Origin: an uncultured delta proteobacterium
Lineage (GTDB): Bacteria; Myxococcota_A; Polyangia; Polyangiales; JAFGIB01
Length of the DNA: 64,000 nucleotides
Reading direction: 5' to 3'
Assembly: GCA_963778655.1 (NCBI GenBank)
Contig: CAVZVA010000009.1
Span: forward strand, 864,001-928,000
The notes below the pieces were generated by a model, which saw nothing but the letters and a program-made list of their open reading frames with translations, searched no databases and had not been told where the DNA came from. Shown here in pieces: positions 1-9,887 of this stretch. The stretch's first letter is position 1; every line of letters starts with the position of its first letter. The translations under genes were made by a program, and so were the position numbers.

Positions 1-795
1 CTCGTCGGCGCCGTCTTTGCAGTCGGCCTTGCCATCGCATACCGCGCTCACCGGCACCTGGCTTCCATCCCCGCAGGGGATCTCGAGGACGCCGGCATCA
101 CTAAAGCCGAAGGCGGCGTCGCCCAAGCCCTGCAGCCCGCCGTCCTCCGGCACGGCCCCGTCGCTCGGCCCGCTCACGCTGTCGTTCCCATCGGTCTTGC
201 CGCCGTCGCCCGCATCGCTGCCCGCGCCGGAGGCGCCGCTGCCGGCGCTGCCCTTGCCCTTGGCGCAGCGCGCCGCGTCGCCCTTCTTCGTGCAGTCGAG
301 CTCTAGATCCTGCGTGGCGTGCATGGAAACCGTGCCGTCCTTGAGCGAGAGCGCTTCCTGCAACGCCAGGTTGAACTTGCGGTTGCACAGATCCTTGCAG
401 GCGTCGCCGGCGATGCCCGCCTGGAAGGCGAGCTGCGCGGGACCGCTGTCGCTCGAGCTGACCGGCACCTCGAGGTGGTCGGTCGCGCCGTCGAATTGCA
501 TCAGCACGGCCTTGCCCGGGTTCTGATCCTGGTCGGGATTGTCGACGCTGAGCGAGAGCAGGACCGAGGAACCGGGCGCGAACGCGGCGATGCTGCTCGC
601 CTTCAACGTGACGCGCTCGTTCGACGCTTTCGGCAGGTCTCCATGGCCCACCTTGGATCCTGCAATCGTGACCGAGCGCATCAGCGCCTGGCCCGCGGCC
701 GCCGCGGAGTCTCCGTCTGCACCCAGCGTGGTTCGACCGCTGCTCGTGCAGGCGGTGGCGCCGAGCAGCGCCAGGATCAACGACTTGGTCTTCAT
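1..795 (-). CDS. Putative lipoprotein with an LDL-receptor class A-like Cys motif (runs off the window start)
   Basis: Absent from the ORF track because there is no stop in the window; translated by hand. ATG at 795 after a GAGGTG SD, then MKTKSLILALLGATAC (lipobox-like), a Gly/Ser/Asp linker, and ...IPCGDGSQVPVSAVCDGKADCKDGADE at base 1. Confidence 0.8.
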   Translation of the reverse strand, partial: MKTKSLILALLGATACTSSGRTTLGADGDSAAAAGQALMRSVTIAGSKVGHGDLPKASNERVTLKASSIAAFAPGSSVLLSLSVDNPDQDQNPGKAVLMQFDGATDHLEVPVSSSDSGPAQLAFQAGIAGDACKDLCNRKFNLALQEALSLKDGTVSMHATQDLELDCTKKGDAARCAKGKGSAGSGASGAGSDAGDGGKTDGNDSVSGPSDGAVPEDGGLQGLGDAAFGFSDAGVLEIPCGDGSQVPVSAVCDGKADCKDGADE

Positions 796-973
796 GCCTG
801 TACACCTCGGCGCTGGATGCGCGCGACTGAAGGGCCTCGCGATCAGCGCTGACTGCGCTCGTTAAATACCAAATGCGCGGCCAAAAGGGGCGGCATCCGG
901 CCTCGGACGCCGCCCTTTGGCCGGTCTGCGCGCGAAGCCCGAAGCAAAGGGCCCGAAGGATCTCGACCCCGCG

Positions 974-2047
974 CTACGGATACTCGCAGTACCCGGTGGC
1001 CATGACGCCGCCGCCCACGCAGGTCATCGTGTCGGGGCAGCCGGCGGCGCCGGCGTCCATGCCCGCCGTGCAAGGCAGCGCGCAGGCCTGCGCGCCGCGC
1101 CCGCCGCTGGGGAGGCAGGCAGGCGTGATGCTGCCGCTGCTCGGGGCCGCCGTGCACTCCGCGTCCATCGTGCAGCTCTTGGCGCAGTGCCCGGTCCCGC
1201 TCTTGCTCAACGCCGTGCCCGCACAGGTCAGGCCCATCGCGCAATCGGCGGTGCGCATGCACTGATCCCATTCCACGGCCGTTCCCGCCATCGGCGCGCC
1301 CGCATCGGGCGTCTCGTACTTGCAGCGGTAGGTGCCCATGCCCATGCCCATGCCCATGCCGCCGCCGCCTGGCCCGAATCCGCCGCCGAATCCACCTGCG
1401 AGCTGACAGCTCATGCCGGACGGGCAGGTGGTGGTGTCCATCGCGCCCATGCACGCGATCGCGCACACGCCGTTGACGCAAGTGTAGGTCGCGCCGCTGG
1501 GCGCCAGCCCCGCGCAATCCATGTCCACCATGCAGATCTGGCTGCAGAACCCCTGACCCGGCGGGTTCGGCGAATAGCACGCGAAGCCCTTGTTGCAGTC
1601 GCCTTGCGCATGCGTGCAGACCGAAAGCTGGTTGCCGTCCGTGGGCAGCGTGCTTCCACCGCCGCCGCTGCTGCTGCCCGCGTCGGTGGCGCTGCCGCCT
1701 GCACCACCTCCGCTGCCGCCTGCGCCGCTTCCGCTGTCGCTTCCGCCGCTTCCGCCTGTCGCGCCGCTGCCTCCGGCGTCGCTTGCGCCGCTTGCGCCGC
1801 TGCCACCGCCGCTGCCGCTGTCACTGCCGGTGGCGGTGCCACCGTCGCCGCAGTCGCACGCGCTCAGCGTCATGTCGGCCTTGCAGACTTGGGTCCCGAG
1901 CTCAGTGCCGCAGGTGCAGGCGAGCACCTTCCCCGTCGCCGCCCCTGCGGGGCAAGCCTCGCCCTGCTTCTTGCTGCTACCGCAGCCGGCCGCGAGCATC
2001 AACAGCGAGAACAAACCGGGGACGATCCATCGCGTTCGCGTTCCCAT
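974..2047 (-). CDS. Cys-rich, Gly/Ser-linker lipoprotein
   Basis: Signal peptide with lipobox LAAGC, N-terminal CTC...GTQxC module, GS-rich linker and two Cys-rich C-terminal repeats. Confidence 0.85.
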   Translation of the reverse strand: MGTRTRWIVPGLFSLLMLAAGCGSSKKQGEACPAGAATGKVLACTCGTELGTQVCKADMTLSACDCGDGGTATGSDSGSGGGSGASGASDAGGSGATGGSGGSDSGSGAGGSGGGAGGSATDAGSSSGGGGSTLPTDGNQLSVCTHAQGDCNKGFACYSPNPPGQGFCSQICMVDMDCAGLAPSGATYTCVNGVCAIACMGAMDTTTCPSGMSCQLAGGFGGGFGPGGGGMGMGMGMGTYRCKYETPDAGAPMAGTAVEWDQCMRTADCAMGLTCAGTALSKSGTGHCAKSCTMDAECTAAPSSGSITPACLPSGGRGAQACALPCTAGMDAGAAGCPDTMTCVGGGVMATGYCEYP

Positions 2048-2225
2048 GCGTGCGTTACCTCCAGCGCTTGGCGGGTCCTGCCTTAGACTGATAGTTCCCC
2101 GAGCCAGGAATTCGGCTCCCTCATCCGAGGCGACGCCGCCTTCGCACCGCGAAAGCTACATGTAGGCAGGGTGGGATCCGGTGCGGCGCCAGCGGGGCAT
2201 CCCAAAACATTGCTAGGTGTTGCGA

Positions 2226-2636
2226 TCAGGTTCCGGGACCGGGAAGGCAGGCGCACTGCAGCGGGTCCCAGGTGCCGTTGGCCAGACAAGTCGTGGTCGC
2301 CACCCAGCCTTCTCCCGGGCACGCGCTCAGACCTTGCGCGCACGGATCGCTGGGGGAGTACGGCACGCTGCGATCGCCCGGCGTACATACCGCCGCTGCG
2401 TCCGTGCTCGCATCGGCCGGCCCGCCGCCCGAACCTGCATCGGGCACGACCGAGCCCCCGTCGTAGGGCGAGGAACCGTTCACCGAGAAGGGCGCGCCGC
2501 CGGTAGGCGCCGCCGCAGCGCGGCTGCGCTCGGTGCGACCGCAGCCACTCGGCGTGATCGCCAGCGCCAGCGCAGCGCCCAACGAGAGGGTGCGCAGCGG
2601 GGTCGCGCGCGAGCTCGCCATCATGGCGCTTGCCAT
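2226..2636 (-). CDS. Small Cys-rich putative lipoprotein
   Basis: C-terminal part of ORF 2226..3326; LGAALALAITPSGC signal/lipobox and C-terminal ...TTTCLANGTWDPLQCAC. Start uncertain (2636, 2624 or 2621). Confidence 0.6.
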   Translation of the reverse strand: MASAMMASSRATPLRTLSLGAALALAITPSGCGRTERSRAAAAPTGGAPFSVNGSSPYDGGSVVPDAGSGGGPADASTDAAAVCTPGDRSVPYSPSDPCAQGLSACPGEGWVATTTCLANGTWDPLQCACLPGPGT

Positions 2637-2761
2637 AGCGCTTGTGCGCCGCCGTTTCCAGTCGGTGGCGCGCCGCACGCGCACGGCGCGGGCCCGGGGT
2701 CCGAGCCCGCCCCGCCGCGAGCGGCGAGCTCGCTGGACGTGCCGTGCTGAGGGTTCGCGGC

Positions 2762-3442
2762 TCAGCCCCCGGCTGCGCCGCCCGATCCGCTCGCGCCGCC
2801 CGATCCGCTCGCGCCGCCCGATCCGCTCGCGCCGCCCGATCCGCTGGCACCGCCCGATCCGCTGGCACCGCCCGATCCGCTCGCACCGCCCGATCCACTC
2901 GCACCGCCCGATCCACTCGCACCGCCGGACCCACCGGTTCCACCCGTGCCCATCATGCCGCCGGTGCCCATCCTCATACCGCGCCGTCCACCGGTCCCGC
3001 CGCCGAACATACCCATGCCGCCGGTCCCGCCGCCGAGGCCCATGCAAATTTGCGGATTCATCTGGCAGAACGCCTGGAAGCCACCACCCGCGCCGCCAGT
3101 GCCGAACAAGCCGCCGAGGCCGCCTGTGCCAAGTCCGCCCCCGGGACCCGCGCCGCCGGTACCAGCCGCCATGCCGCCCGTACCCGTACCCGTGCCCGTG
3201 CCCACGCCGGTAGAGCCGACCGATCCGCCGGTACCGGTGGGCGCGCCCGAGCAGGTGCAGACACCCAGCACGCTTCCGTCGGCGGAGCACGTCTGCGTGC
3301 CGAACTGGCCGTCGGCGCACGTGCATGCGTAGGGCTGGTTCGCCTGGCAGCCCTCGCCGCTAGCGTTCTTGCTGCTGCTGCACCCAAGCGCCAAGACGCC
3401 GAGCCCCACCGCAATAATTGAGTAGATAACCGCGCTTCGCAT
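2762..3442 (-). CDS. Gly-rich lipoprotein with N-terminal Cys module and C-terminal (SGGASG)n tail
   Basis: MRSAVIYSIIAVGLGVLALGC lipobox; CTCADGQFGTQTC module; low-complexity Gly/Met/Thr body. Confidence 0.8.
   Translation of the reverse strand: MRSAVIYSIIAVGLGVLALGCSSSKNASGEGCQANQPYACTCADGQFGTQTCSADGSVLGVCTCSGAPTGTGGSVGSTGVGTGTGTGTGGMAAGTGGAGPGGGLGTGGLGGLFGTGGAGGGFQAFCQMNPQICMGLGGGTGGMGMFGGGTGGRRGMRMGTGGMMGTGGTGGSGGASGSGGASGSGGASGSGGASGSGGASGSGGASGSGGASGSGGASGSGGAAGG
2772..2932. repeat. 18-bp tandem repeat (about 9 units) encoding SGGASG
   Basis: The unit cgcgccgcccgatccgct and close variants repeat head-to-tail, in frame within the minus-strand CDS. Confidence 0.9.
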
Positions 3443-3605
3443 CGGATTCACCGTCCCTGGTTTCGGGTCCACCGCCCAGCACCCAGCGCGCCGCCGACGC
3501 CGGCGGTCGTGCTCTTCCGCGTATGAGTGTGCGCAGGTGACCAATGTGGTCGGGACTAAAGTTCCCACCCGGCCACCGGGAGGTTCACCCCCTGTAGATG
3601 CCCAG

Positions 3606-5519
3606 CTATCGTTGGGGGGGTCGACCCTTGGCCGGCATGCCGCCGGTGACCGCGGAGTCCCTGCGGGCCCAGACCACGGCCGGGCGCGGCGCCAGCGAGT
3701 CGAAGTGTTGCTCCGAAGGATCCTCGCCCAGCGCTGCGCGCGCGTGCGCGCGCATCACGTCGCTCATCGCGAGGATGCCGACCAGGGTTGCGCCCCCGCC
3801 CGGCGCGGTCACCGCCATCTGCCTGGCGCCGAGCTGGCCCATGCGCGCGACGGCGTCGACCAGCGCTTGGTCGGCGCGCAGGGGCTCCTCCTCGCGCGCC
3901 TGCGTGCGCACTGGCTCCTCGCCGTGCCCTTCGGCCATGCAGCGCCGCAGCCGCGCCTCGCTGACCAAGCCCAGCAGCTGGCGGCTGCGGTCCACCACCG
4001 GATAGATCGAGAACTTGTGGTCCTTGATGTGCTCCACGGCTTGCCCGATCGAGAGCTCGGCCGGGAGCGTGACGAGCTCAGTAGTCATCGCTTCGCGCAC
4101 GTGAAACGACGAGAGCGTGGAGGCGGCGCGCTGGGTCTGAGGCAGGTGGTAGCCGTCTTGCTCGAGCAAGGCTTCGTAGATCGGCACCGGTTGCCAGCGC
4201 CGGGCCAGCACGTATGCGACCGAGTTGGCGATCATCAAAGGCAGGACCAGCCCGTAGCCGCCCGTCATCTCGAAGATGATCAGCACCGAGGTGATCGGCG
4301 CGCGAATCACCGCCGCGAAAAAGGCTCCCATGCCGACCAGCGCGAAGCCGCCAATGTTGGTATCGGGATGCGAGAGCAGAGCGCGGTCGAGCAGGCCGAA
4401 GCTGCCGCCGATCATGCCGCCGATGAACAACACCGGGGCGAAGATGCCGCCCGACCCTCCGCTGGCGTAGCAGAGCACGGTGGCTGCCAGCTTCGTCACC
4501 GCCAGCACCAGCATGATCTTCAGCGTGAGGTTGCCGGTCAGCGCCTGCCCGAGCGTGGCGTAACCGTCGCCGGTCACTCCGCGCGTGCCGAACACGCCGA
4601 TGGCCAGCACTGCGAGCAGCCCGGTGGCGAGCCCGCCGAGCCCGGGCCGCGCCCAGGCGCCCGGCCACTTCCAGCGCGCGAACCAGCCGCGGATGCCGAG
4701 CATGCCCTCGTAGTACACGTGCGACATGGCCGCGCCCGCCACGCCAATCGCCGCGTAGATCAGCAATGAGGAAGCGTGGTCGAGGCCGTAGCCGCCGGGC
4801 ACGTCGAACACCGGGTGCTCGCCCAGCACGCTGCGCTCGATCACGGCGGCGAGCGCCGCGGCCACGACCACGCCCGAGAGCAGCGTTTGGTCGAGGTCGC
4901 CGATGATTTCCTCGATGGTAAAGGTTACCGCGGCGATGGGAGCGTTGAATGCGGCCGCGATGCCCGCCGCCGATCCGACCGGGATCAGGCGTCGCATGTT
5001 GTGTGGGGCGATGGCGAACAGTCTGCCGAGCGCGCTGGCCAACCCGGCGCAAATCTGCACCGTCGGCCCCTCGCGTCCGAGCGCCGAGCCGCTGCCGATC
5101 TGTAATATGGCGATCAAGAACTTCCCGCCCGCGTCGCGCAGCCGCAGTCGCCCGCTCTTGACCGCGTAGATCAACTTGACCTGCGGGATGCCGCTGCCGC
5201 GCGCCTGCGGCACGTAGTGCAGCAGCACCCCACTCGCCAGGGCACCCAGCGTCGGAGTGGCGATGGTCCAAAAGATCCAGCTATGTCCCGGCGCGCTCAG
5301 CGCGGGATCGATCATCAAGAGCTCGGCGCCATGAATCGCGCTGTGGAACGCGACCGCGGCCAGACCACAGACACCACCGATGACGATGGTGAGCGCAAAG
5401 AGACGATGCCGCTCGGCCGGAGCAAGCTTGAGGAACGCACGCAGGGCGTAGGCGCTCGCCGTGTGCCATGTCCGGGCCATTACCTCGCGCGCCGTCCTGG
5501 CTGGCGGTTCGGAGCCCAT
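3606..5519 (-). CDS. ClC-family chloride channel / H+:Cl- antiporter with CBS domains
   Basis: Signature motifs GSGIP, GREGP and GGIFAP, many TM helices and a C-terminal CBS pair. Confidence 0.95.
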   Translation of the reverse strand: MGSEPPARTAREVMARTWHTASAYALRAFLKLAPAERHRLFALTIVIGGVCGLAAVAFHSAIHGAELLMIDPALSAPGHSWIFWTIATPTLGALASGVLLHYVPQARGSGIPQVKLIYAVKSGRLRLRDAGGKFLIAILQIGSGSALGREGPTVQICAGLASALGRLFAIAPHNMRRLIPVGSAAGIAAAFNAPIAAVTFTIEEIIGDLDQTLLSGVVVAAALAAVIERSVLGEHPVFDVPGGYGLDHASSLLIYAAIGVAGAAMSHVYYEGMLGIRGWFARWKWPGAWARPGLGGLATGLLAVLAIGVFGTRGVTGDGYATLGQALTGNLTLKIMLVLAVTKLAATVLCYASGGSGGIFAPVLFIGGMIGGSFGLLDRALLSHPDTNIGGFALVGMGAFFAAVIRAPITSVLIIFEMTGGYGLVLPLMIANSVAYVLARRWQPVPIYEALLEQDGYHLPQTQRAASTLSSFHVREAMTTELVTLPAELSIGQAVEHIKDHKFSIYPVVDRSRQLLGLVSEARLRRCMAEGHGEEPVRTQAREEEPLRADQALVDAVARMGQLGARQMAVTAPGGGATLVGILAMSDVMRAHARAALGEDPSEQHFDSLAPRPAVVWARRDSAVTGGMPAKGRPPQR

Positions 5520-5670
5520 GAGCTACGGCTCCGCTATAGCGCGATCTCGTCGCCCGTACCACCGCGGAATTGCGACGCGGGCGCGTCGTTCTGAAAGCCG
5601 TCTTCCGCCGGTCTCGGTGCTTCTAGGCGGATGTCGGACAGCTGCCCTTGCCACGGATACCGTGGGCGAG

Positions 5671-6450
5671 TCAAGCACCCTTGCCGTAGCGTTTTGCGAT
5701 GCCCTCGAAGGCCGCCATCAAGTCGATGGGCAGCGGGAACACGATGGTGGTGTTCTTCTCCACGCCGATTTCCACCAGGGTCTGCAGGTAGCGCAATTGC
5801 AGGGCAGCCGAGGTCTGCTCCAGGATCTGCGCCGCCTCGTGCAGCTTCTGGGAGGCCTGGTGCTCGCCTTCGGCCGCGATGATCTTGGCGCGCCGCTCGC
5901 GCTCGGCCTCTGCTTGCTTGGCCATCGCGCGCCGCATCTCCTCCGGCAACTCGATGTCCTTGATCTCCACCCCCGACACCTTCACTCCCCAGGCGTCGGT
6001 GGCTTCGTCGATGATGCGCTGCAGCGAGTGCCCGATTTTCTCCCGCTCGGCCAGAATCTCGTCGAGCTCGTGTTGGCCCAGGATGTTCCGTAGCGAGGTC
6101 TGCGCATAGAGCGAGGTCGCGGTGTAGTGGTTCGCGATCTTGATCACCGCGTCGACCGGGTTCATGACGTTGAAGTAGATGACGGCGTTGACCTTGATGG
6201 TGACGTTGTCTTTGGTGATGACTTCCTGAGGCGGCACGTCCAGGGTGATCGTGCGCAGGTCGACCTTCTGCATACGGTCGATCATCGGCAGCAGCAGCCG
6301 CAAGCCGGGCCCCTTCAGGTTCGCCGGGTCGACCCGTCCCAGACGAAACACCACGCCCCGTTCGTATTCCTTGACGACGCGCAGCGACGTCAACACCAGG
6401 AAAGCGAAGAAGAAGAAGAAAACCGAGCCCAGCATTCCCAAGGCCTCCAT
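5671..6450 (-). CDS. SPFH/stomatin-like (slipin) protein
   Basis: N-terminal [46 protein letters not shown]. Confidence 0.95.
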   Translation of the reverse strand: MEALGMLGSVFFFFFAFLVLTSLRVVKEYERGVVFRLGRVDPANLKGPGLRLLLPMIDRMQKVDLRTITLDVPPQEVITKDNVTIKVNAVIYFNVMNPVDAVIKIANHYTATSLYAQTSLRNILGQHELDEILAEREKIGHSLQRIIDEATDAWGVKVSGVEIKDIELPEEMRRAMAKQAEAERERRAKIIAAEGEHQASQKLHEAAQILEQTSAALQLRYLQTLVEIGVEKNTTIVFPLPIDLMAAFEGIAKRYGKGA

Positions 6451-6612
6451 CGACCTGTCTCCCCGTTGGTTTCCTGTTGGTCGCCGTCGCGGCGGTCCTG
6501 TGCTTCCAGATCGAGGAGACTCACAGGAAGACGGGAAGACGGGAAGGGCTTTTTTCTACTTCCTCTCGTTTCGCTATCGTCGAGCCCCCGTGCCCTCGGA
6601 GCGAAGACCGGG

Positions 6613-7980
6613 CTAACCCCGAGGCCGCGGCTTGACCTTGAGGCGCATGGGATGATGCAGGACCTGCTCTACCTCGACTTCCGCGCCTTCGGCGATCTCC
6701 ACCTCGGAAACCGCCGACCAGCGCGCGCCGTCGACCATCACGTCTCCCGAGCATCGCTCCGCGCGGTGGCGGAACGCGGTCTTGGCGATGCCGGTTGCCC
6801 CGCGCAGCGCTTCGACCCCGCTCTGCGGCGGAGCCCGCAGGGTCCGGCGCGCAACCGCTGCCAGCGCGAGGCAAGCCACGACCACGGCCGCGTCGATCGG
6901 TGCAAAGATCAGCCAGCGCACCTGCTGCGCCGCGCCGAAGTAGCTGCGCTCGTCGACCAGCACAAGTGCGCCCAGCAGCATCGCAGCCGCGCCGCCGACG
7001 CCGAGCAAGCCGTGCGCGGGCGTCTTCACCTCGAGCGCGATCGACAATACACCCGCGGTCATCAGCAGCACGCCCGCCAAGCGCAACGGCAATACGGACA
7101 TGCCCAGCAGCCCGAGCAGCAGCGCGCTGACGCCGACGATGCCGCCGAGCCCGATGCCCGGGGCCGAAAGCTCGTAGATGATGCCGAGCACCCCGATCGT
7201 GAGCAGGATCGAGGCCACTGTGGGATCGGCCATGCCATCGAGAAGACGCTCGCTCGGCGTGAGCGGTCGCTCGACAAGTTGCACGTTGCGGGTGTGTAGA
7301 ACGGCTTTGCGATCGGTGAAATCGAGGACGCGTCCGTCGAGCCTGGCGAACAGCTGCGCGCGGCTTCCCACCACCAGCTCCACCAGGTCCGCCGTGGCGG
7401 CCTCGCTCGCGGTGTAGCTGGTGGAGCTGCGGACCATCTCTTCGGCTGCGCTGGCCGAGCGGCCGCGGCGCGACGCCAGCGATTTCGCCAGCGAGGCGAG
7501 GCTGTTGGTCGCCTTCTGCTCGAGCGCGCCCTTGAGCGGCTCGCCCGCGCCCACCGGGTGCGCGGCGCCCATGCGCGTGTCGGAGAGCATTGCGGCAACG
7601 TCGCTGGCGAGCAAGATCAGCGCGCCCGCCGAGGTGGCCTGCGCGGCGCGCGGCTCGACCAGCGCGACCACCGGTACGCGTGAGGCGGTGATGGCTTCGA
7701 CGATGTCTTGCATCGAGCTGACCAGGCCGCCGGGCGTGTCGATCGAGAGCAGCACGAGGGATACACCTTCTGCGCGCGTGCCTGCCAGCGCCCGCGCAAT
7801 GTAGCGTGACTTGATCGGGTTGATCACTCCGGTCAGCCGCAAGTGCAGCACGCGCGTCGGCGCGGCGCTGCTCTCGCCGGGCGTTGCGAGCAAACAAGTC
7901 GCCGCGATCGCAGCCGCCGCGGTGTTGCGGAGCGTGCCATGACGCGCAACTGCGGGCCTCAACCGTGCCACCACGCCCAT
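6613..7980 (-). CDS. nfeD: NfeD-family membrane-bound serine protease (long form)
   Basis: IDTPGG, ATSAG and GAAHPV ClpP-like motifs, TM region and C-terminal OB fold (VDGARWSA); upstream of a stomatin gene as is typical. Start uncertain (7980 or 8004). Confidence 0.9.
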   Translation of the reverse strand: MGVVARLRPAVARHGTLRNTAAAAIAATCLLATPGESSAAPTRVLHLRLTGVINPIKSRYIARALAGTRAEGVSLVLLSIDTPGGLVSSMQDIVEAITASRVPVVALVEPRAAQATSAGALILLASDVAAMLSDTRMGAAHPVGAGEPLKGALEQKATNSLASLAKSLASRRGRSASAAEEMVRSSTSYTASEAATADLVELVVGSRAQLFARLDGRVLDFTDRKAVLHTRNVQLVERPLTPSERLLDGMADPTVASILLTIGVLGIIYELSAPGIGLGGIVGVSALLLGLLGMSVLPLRLAGVLLMTAGVLSIALEVKTPAHGLLGVGGAAAMLLGALVLVDERSYFGAAQQVRWLIFAPIDAAVVVACLALAAVARRTLRAPPQSGVEALRGATGIAKTAFRHRAERCSGDVMVDGARWSAVSEVEIAEGAEVEVEQVLHHPMRLKVKPRPRG

Positions 7981-8140
7981 GACCCCCGATCTTACCCGGA
8001 CCATACCCCGAAGCCATCGCTGAAGGACTTGTCTTCTATGGTTGGCGGTGCCATGTGCGTGTGACATACTGGCGACCCAACTGTGTCGGGGGGCCCGCAG
8101 TCCTTTCGAACCCTTCATTCCCCAAGTTGCGAAGGAAACC

Positions 8141-8509
8141 ATGCCCAAGACCTCCAAGAAGAAGCCCGCCAAGAAGACCCCCAGCAAAACGGCATTCGTG
8201 CTCAGCTTGCCGAGAAGCGCACCGGCAAGCGAGGTCGTCGCGAAAGCCAAGGCGGCGGGTATCGAGCTCACGGACCGCTACGTTTACGTCATTCGCTCGA
8301 AGGCCAAGAGCAAGGCGGGGAAACCGTCCGCGCGTCGCGGGCGACCACCCAAGTCGGCGGCCGGGCCGGCACGCAAGAGCTCGGGCGGGCAAGGATCGCC
8401 GAGCGCGCTGGCTACGCAGTTCGTGGACGCCGCGCTCAATCTCGGGCTGGCGCGTGCCGAGGAGCTGCTCGTCTCGCTGCGCGCCAAGCTCAAGCACGCC
8501 ATCGGATAG
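8141..8509 (+). CDS. Small basic putative DNA-binding protein with AT-hook motif
   Basis: GAAGGA SD then MPKTSKKKPAKK; Lys/Ala-rich, 122 aa; contains RRGRPPK. Confidence 0.75.
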   Translation: MPKTSKKKPAKKTPSKTAFVLSLPRSAPASEVVAKAKAAGIELTDRYVYVIRSKAKSKAGKPSARRGRPPKSAAGPARKSSGGQGSPSALATQFVDAALNLGLARAEELLVSLRAKLKHAIG

Positions 8510-8547
8510 CGCGCACGCGGCGCGGCCGTCGCAGCACGGCCGCGCCG

Positions 8548-9804
8548 TCATTCCTGCATACGGAACGCCACCCCTTGCGCTTCCGGGCCGAAGCCGATGA
8601 CGAGCGCAGCGCACACCGAAACGCCTGTTGCCAGCAGACCCATGGCATAGGCGTAGGTCAAGTGCTCGCCCAGCAACGCCTCGACGTAGGTCACGCCGGA
8701 AGAACAGAGCACGCCGAGCTGATAGGCGAAGCCCGGCAAGAACCCGCGCAGGGCGCCCGGGGAAAGCTCGCTCAGGTGGGCCGGGACCACCCCCCACGCG
8801 CCCTGCACCATGAACTGCATGATGAACGCGCCGAGCACGATCAGTGGCGTGTTGGGCGCAAACACCCAGATCGGCACGGTTAGGCCGGCTCCCACTGCAG
8901 CCGTCACCATGGCCAGCCTGCGGCCGCGGCGATCGGAGATCCAGCCGAAGGTCAGCCCACCCGCGATTGCGCCGAGCATCGAAATCATGGTGACGATGGC
9001 TGCCCCTTGGGGGCTGAAGTGGCGCTGCTGCTTGAGGAAGGTGGGATACATGTCCTGCGTCCCATGCGACATCACACCCATCACGGCGATCAGCACCACC
9101 AGGTAGGCGAAGAGCCGGAGGTTCTTGGCCACCGCGCGGCCGTAGCTCTTCCAGTCCGGCAGCCTGTGCTCGCGCCACGCTTCCGACTCCTTGACCCTGG
9201 CGCGGACGAACAGCGAGAGCAGGGCCGGCAGCCCACCGATGAAAAACATCACGCGCCAGCCGAAGTGAGGGAAGATGTAGTAGTACGCGGCGGCCGCCAG
9301 CAGATAGCCGAGCGCGTAGCCTTCCTGCAGCACGCCGGAGAGCAGGCCGCGCCAGCGCGCCGGCACCGCCTCCATCGCCAGCGACGCGCCGACGCCCCAC
9401 TCGCCACCCATGCCTATCCCGAACAGCAGGCGCAGCAGGAGAAACGTCCCATAGTCGGGCGCGAGCCCCGAAAGCACCTCGATGATCGAGTAGAAGACGA
9501 GGTTGATGATCAGCGGCAAACGGCGCCCGTAGCGGTCGGCCATCAGCCCGAACAACAGGGCCCCGAGCGGTCGCATCGCCAGGCTCGCGGACAGCGTCAG
9601 CGCGATCTCGGGCCGTGTCTTGCCGAAGTCTCTGGCGACGCTGTCGAGCGTCATCACCAGGATGAAGAAGTCGAACGCGTCGAGGGTCCAGCCGAGAAAC
9701 CCCGCGAGCAGCGCGTTGCGTTGATCCGCGCGCGTCGTGGCCCGGTTGGGGAGCTTGGCTGCGACGGGCGCGCTGACTTCAGGCTGGTTCACCTGACCGC
9801 TCAT
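8548..9804 (-). CDS. MFS transporter, SHS (sialate/carboxylate:H+ symporter) family
   Basis: GWTLDAFDF, ADRYGRR, GMGGEW and SHGTQDMYPTFL motifs. Confidence 0.9.
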   Translation of the reverse strand: MSGQVNQPEVSAPVAAKLPNRATTRADQRNALLAGFLGWTLDAFDFFILVMTLDSVARDFGKTRPEIALTLSASLAMRPLGALLFGLMADRYGRRLPLIINLVFYSIIEVLSGLAPDYGTFLLLRLLFGIGMGGEWGVGASLAMEAVPARWRGLLSGVLQEGYALGYLLAAAAYYYIFPHFGWRVMFFIGGLPALLSLFVRARVKESEAWREHRLPDWKSYGRAVAKNLRLFAYLVVLIAVMGVMSHGTQDMYPTFLKQQRHFSPQGAAIVTMISMLGAIAGGLTFGWISDRRGRRLAMVTAAVGAGLTVPIWVFAPNTPLIVLGAFIMQFMVQGAWGVVPAHLSELSPGALRGFLPGFAYQLGVLCSSGVTYVEALLGEHLTYAYAMGLLATGVSVCAALVIGFGPEAQGVAFRMQE

Positions 9805-9887
9805 GTAACGTAGTTGGGGCCGAATTGGTATATCGGTAGGGAGGGGCGGGCGCGGGTGTCGATTACGGCGGGGGAGGGTAGGCAGGA

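Noticed and set aside
2772..2932. Repeat array as a possible CRISPR
   Set aside because: Units are contiguous 18-mers without spacers and encode SGGASG in frame; no cas genes are present.
3606..7980. nfeD-stomatin-clc as a novel system
   Set aside because: The NfeD/stomatin pairing is well known, and ClC adjacency alone is not evidence of a link.
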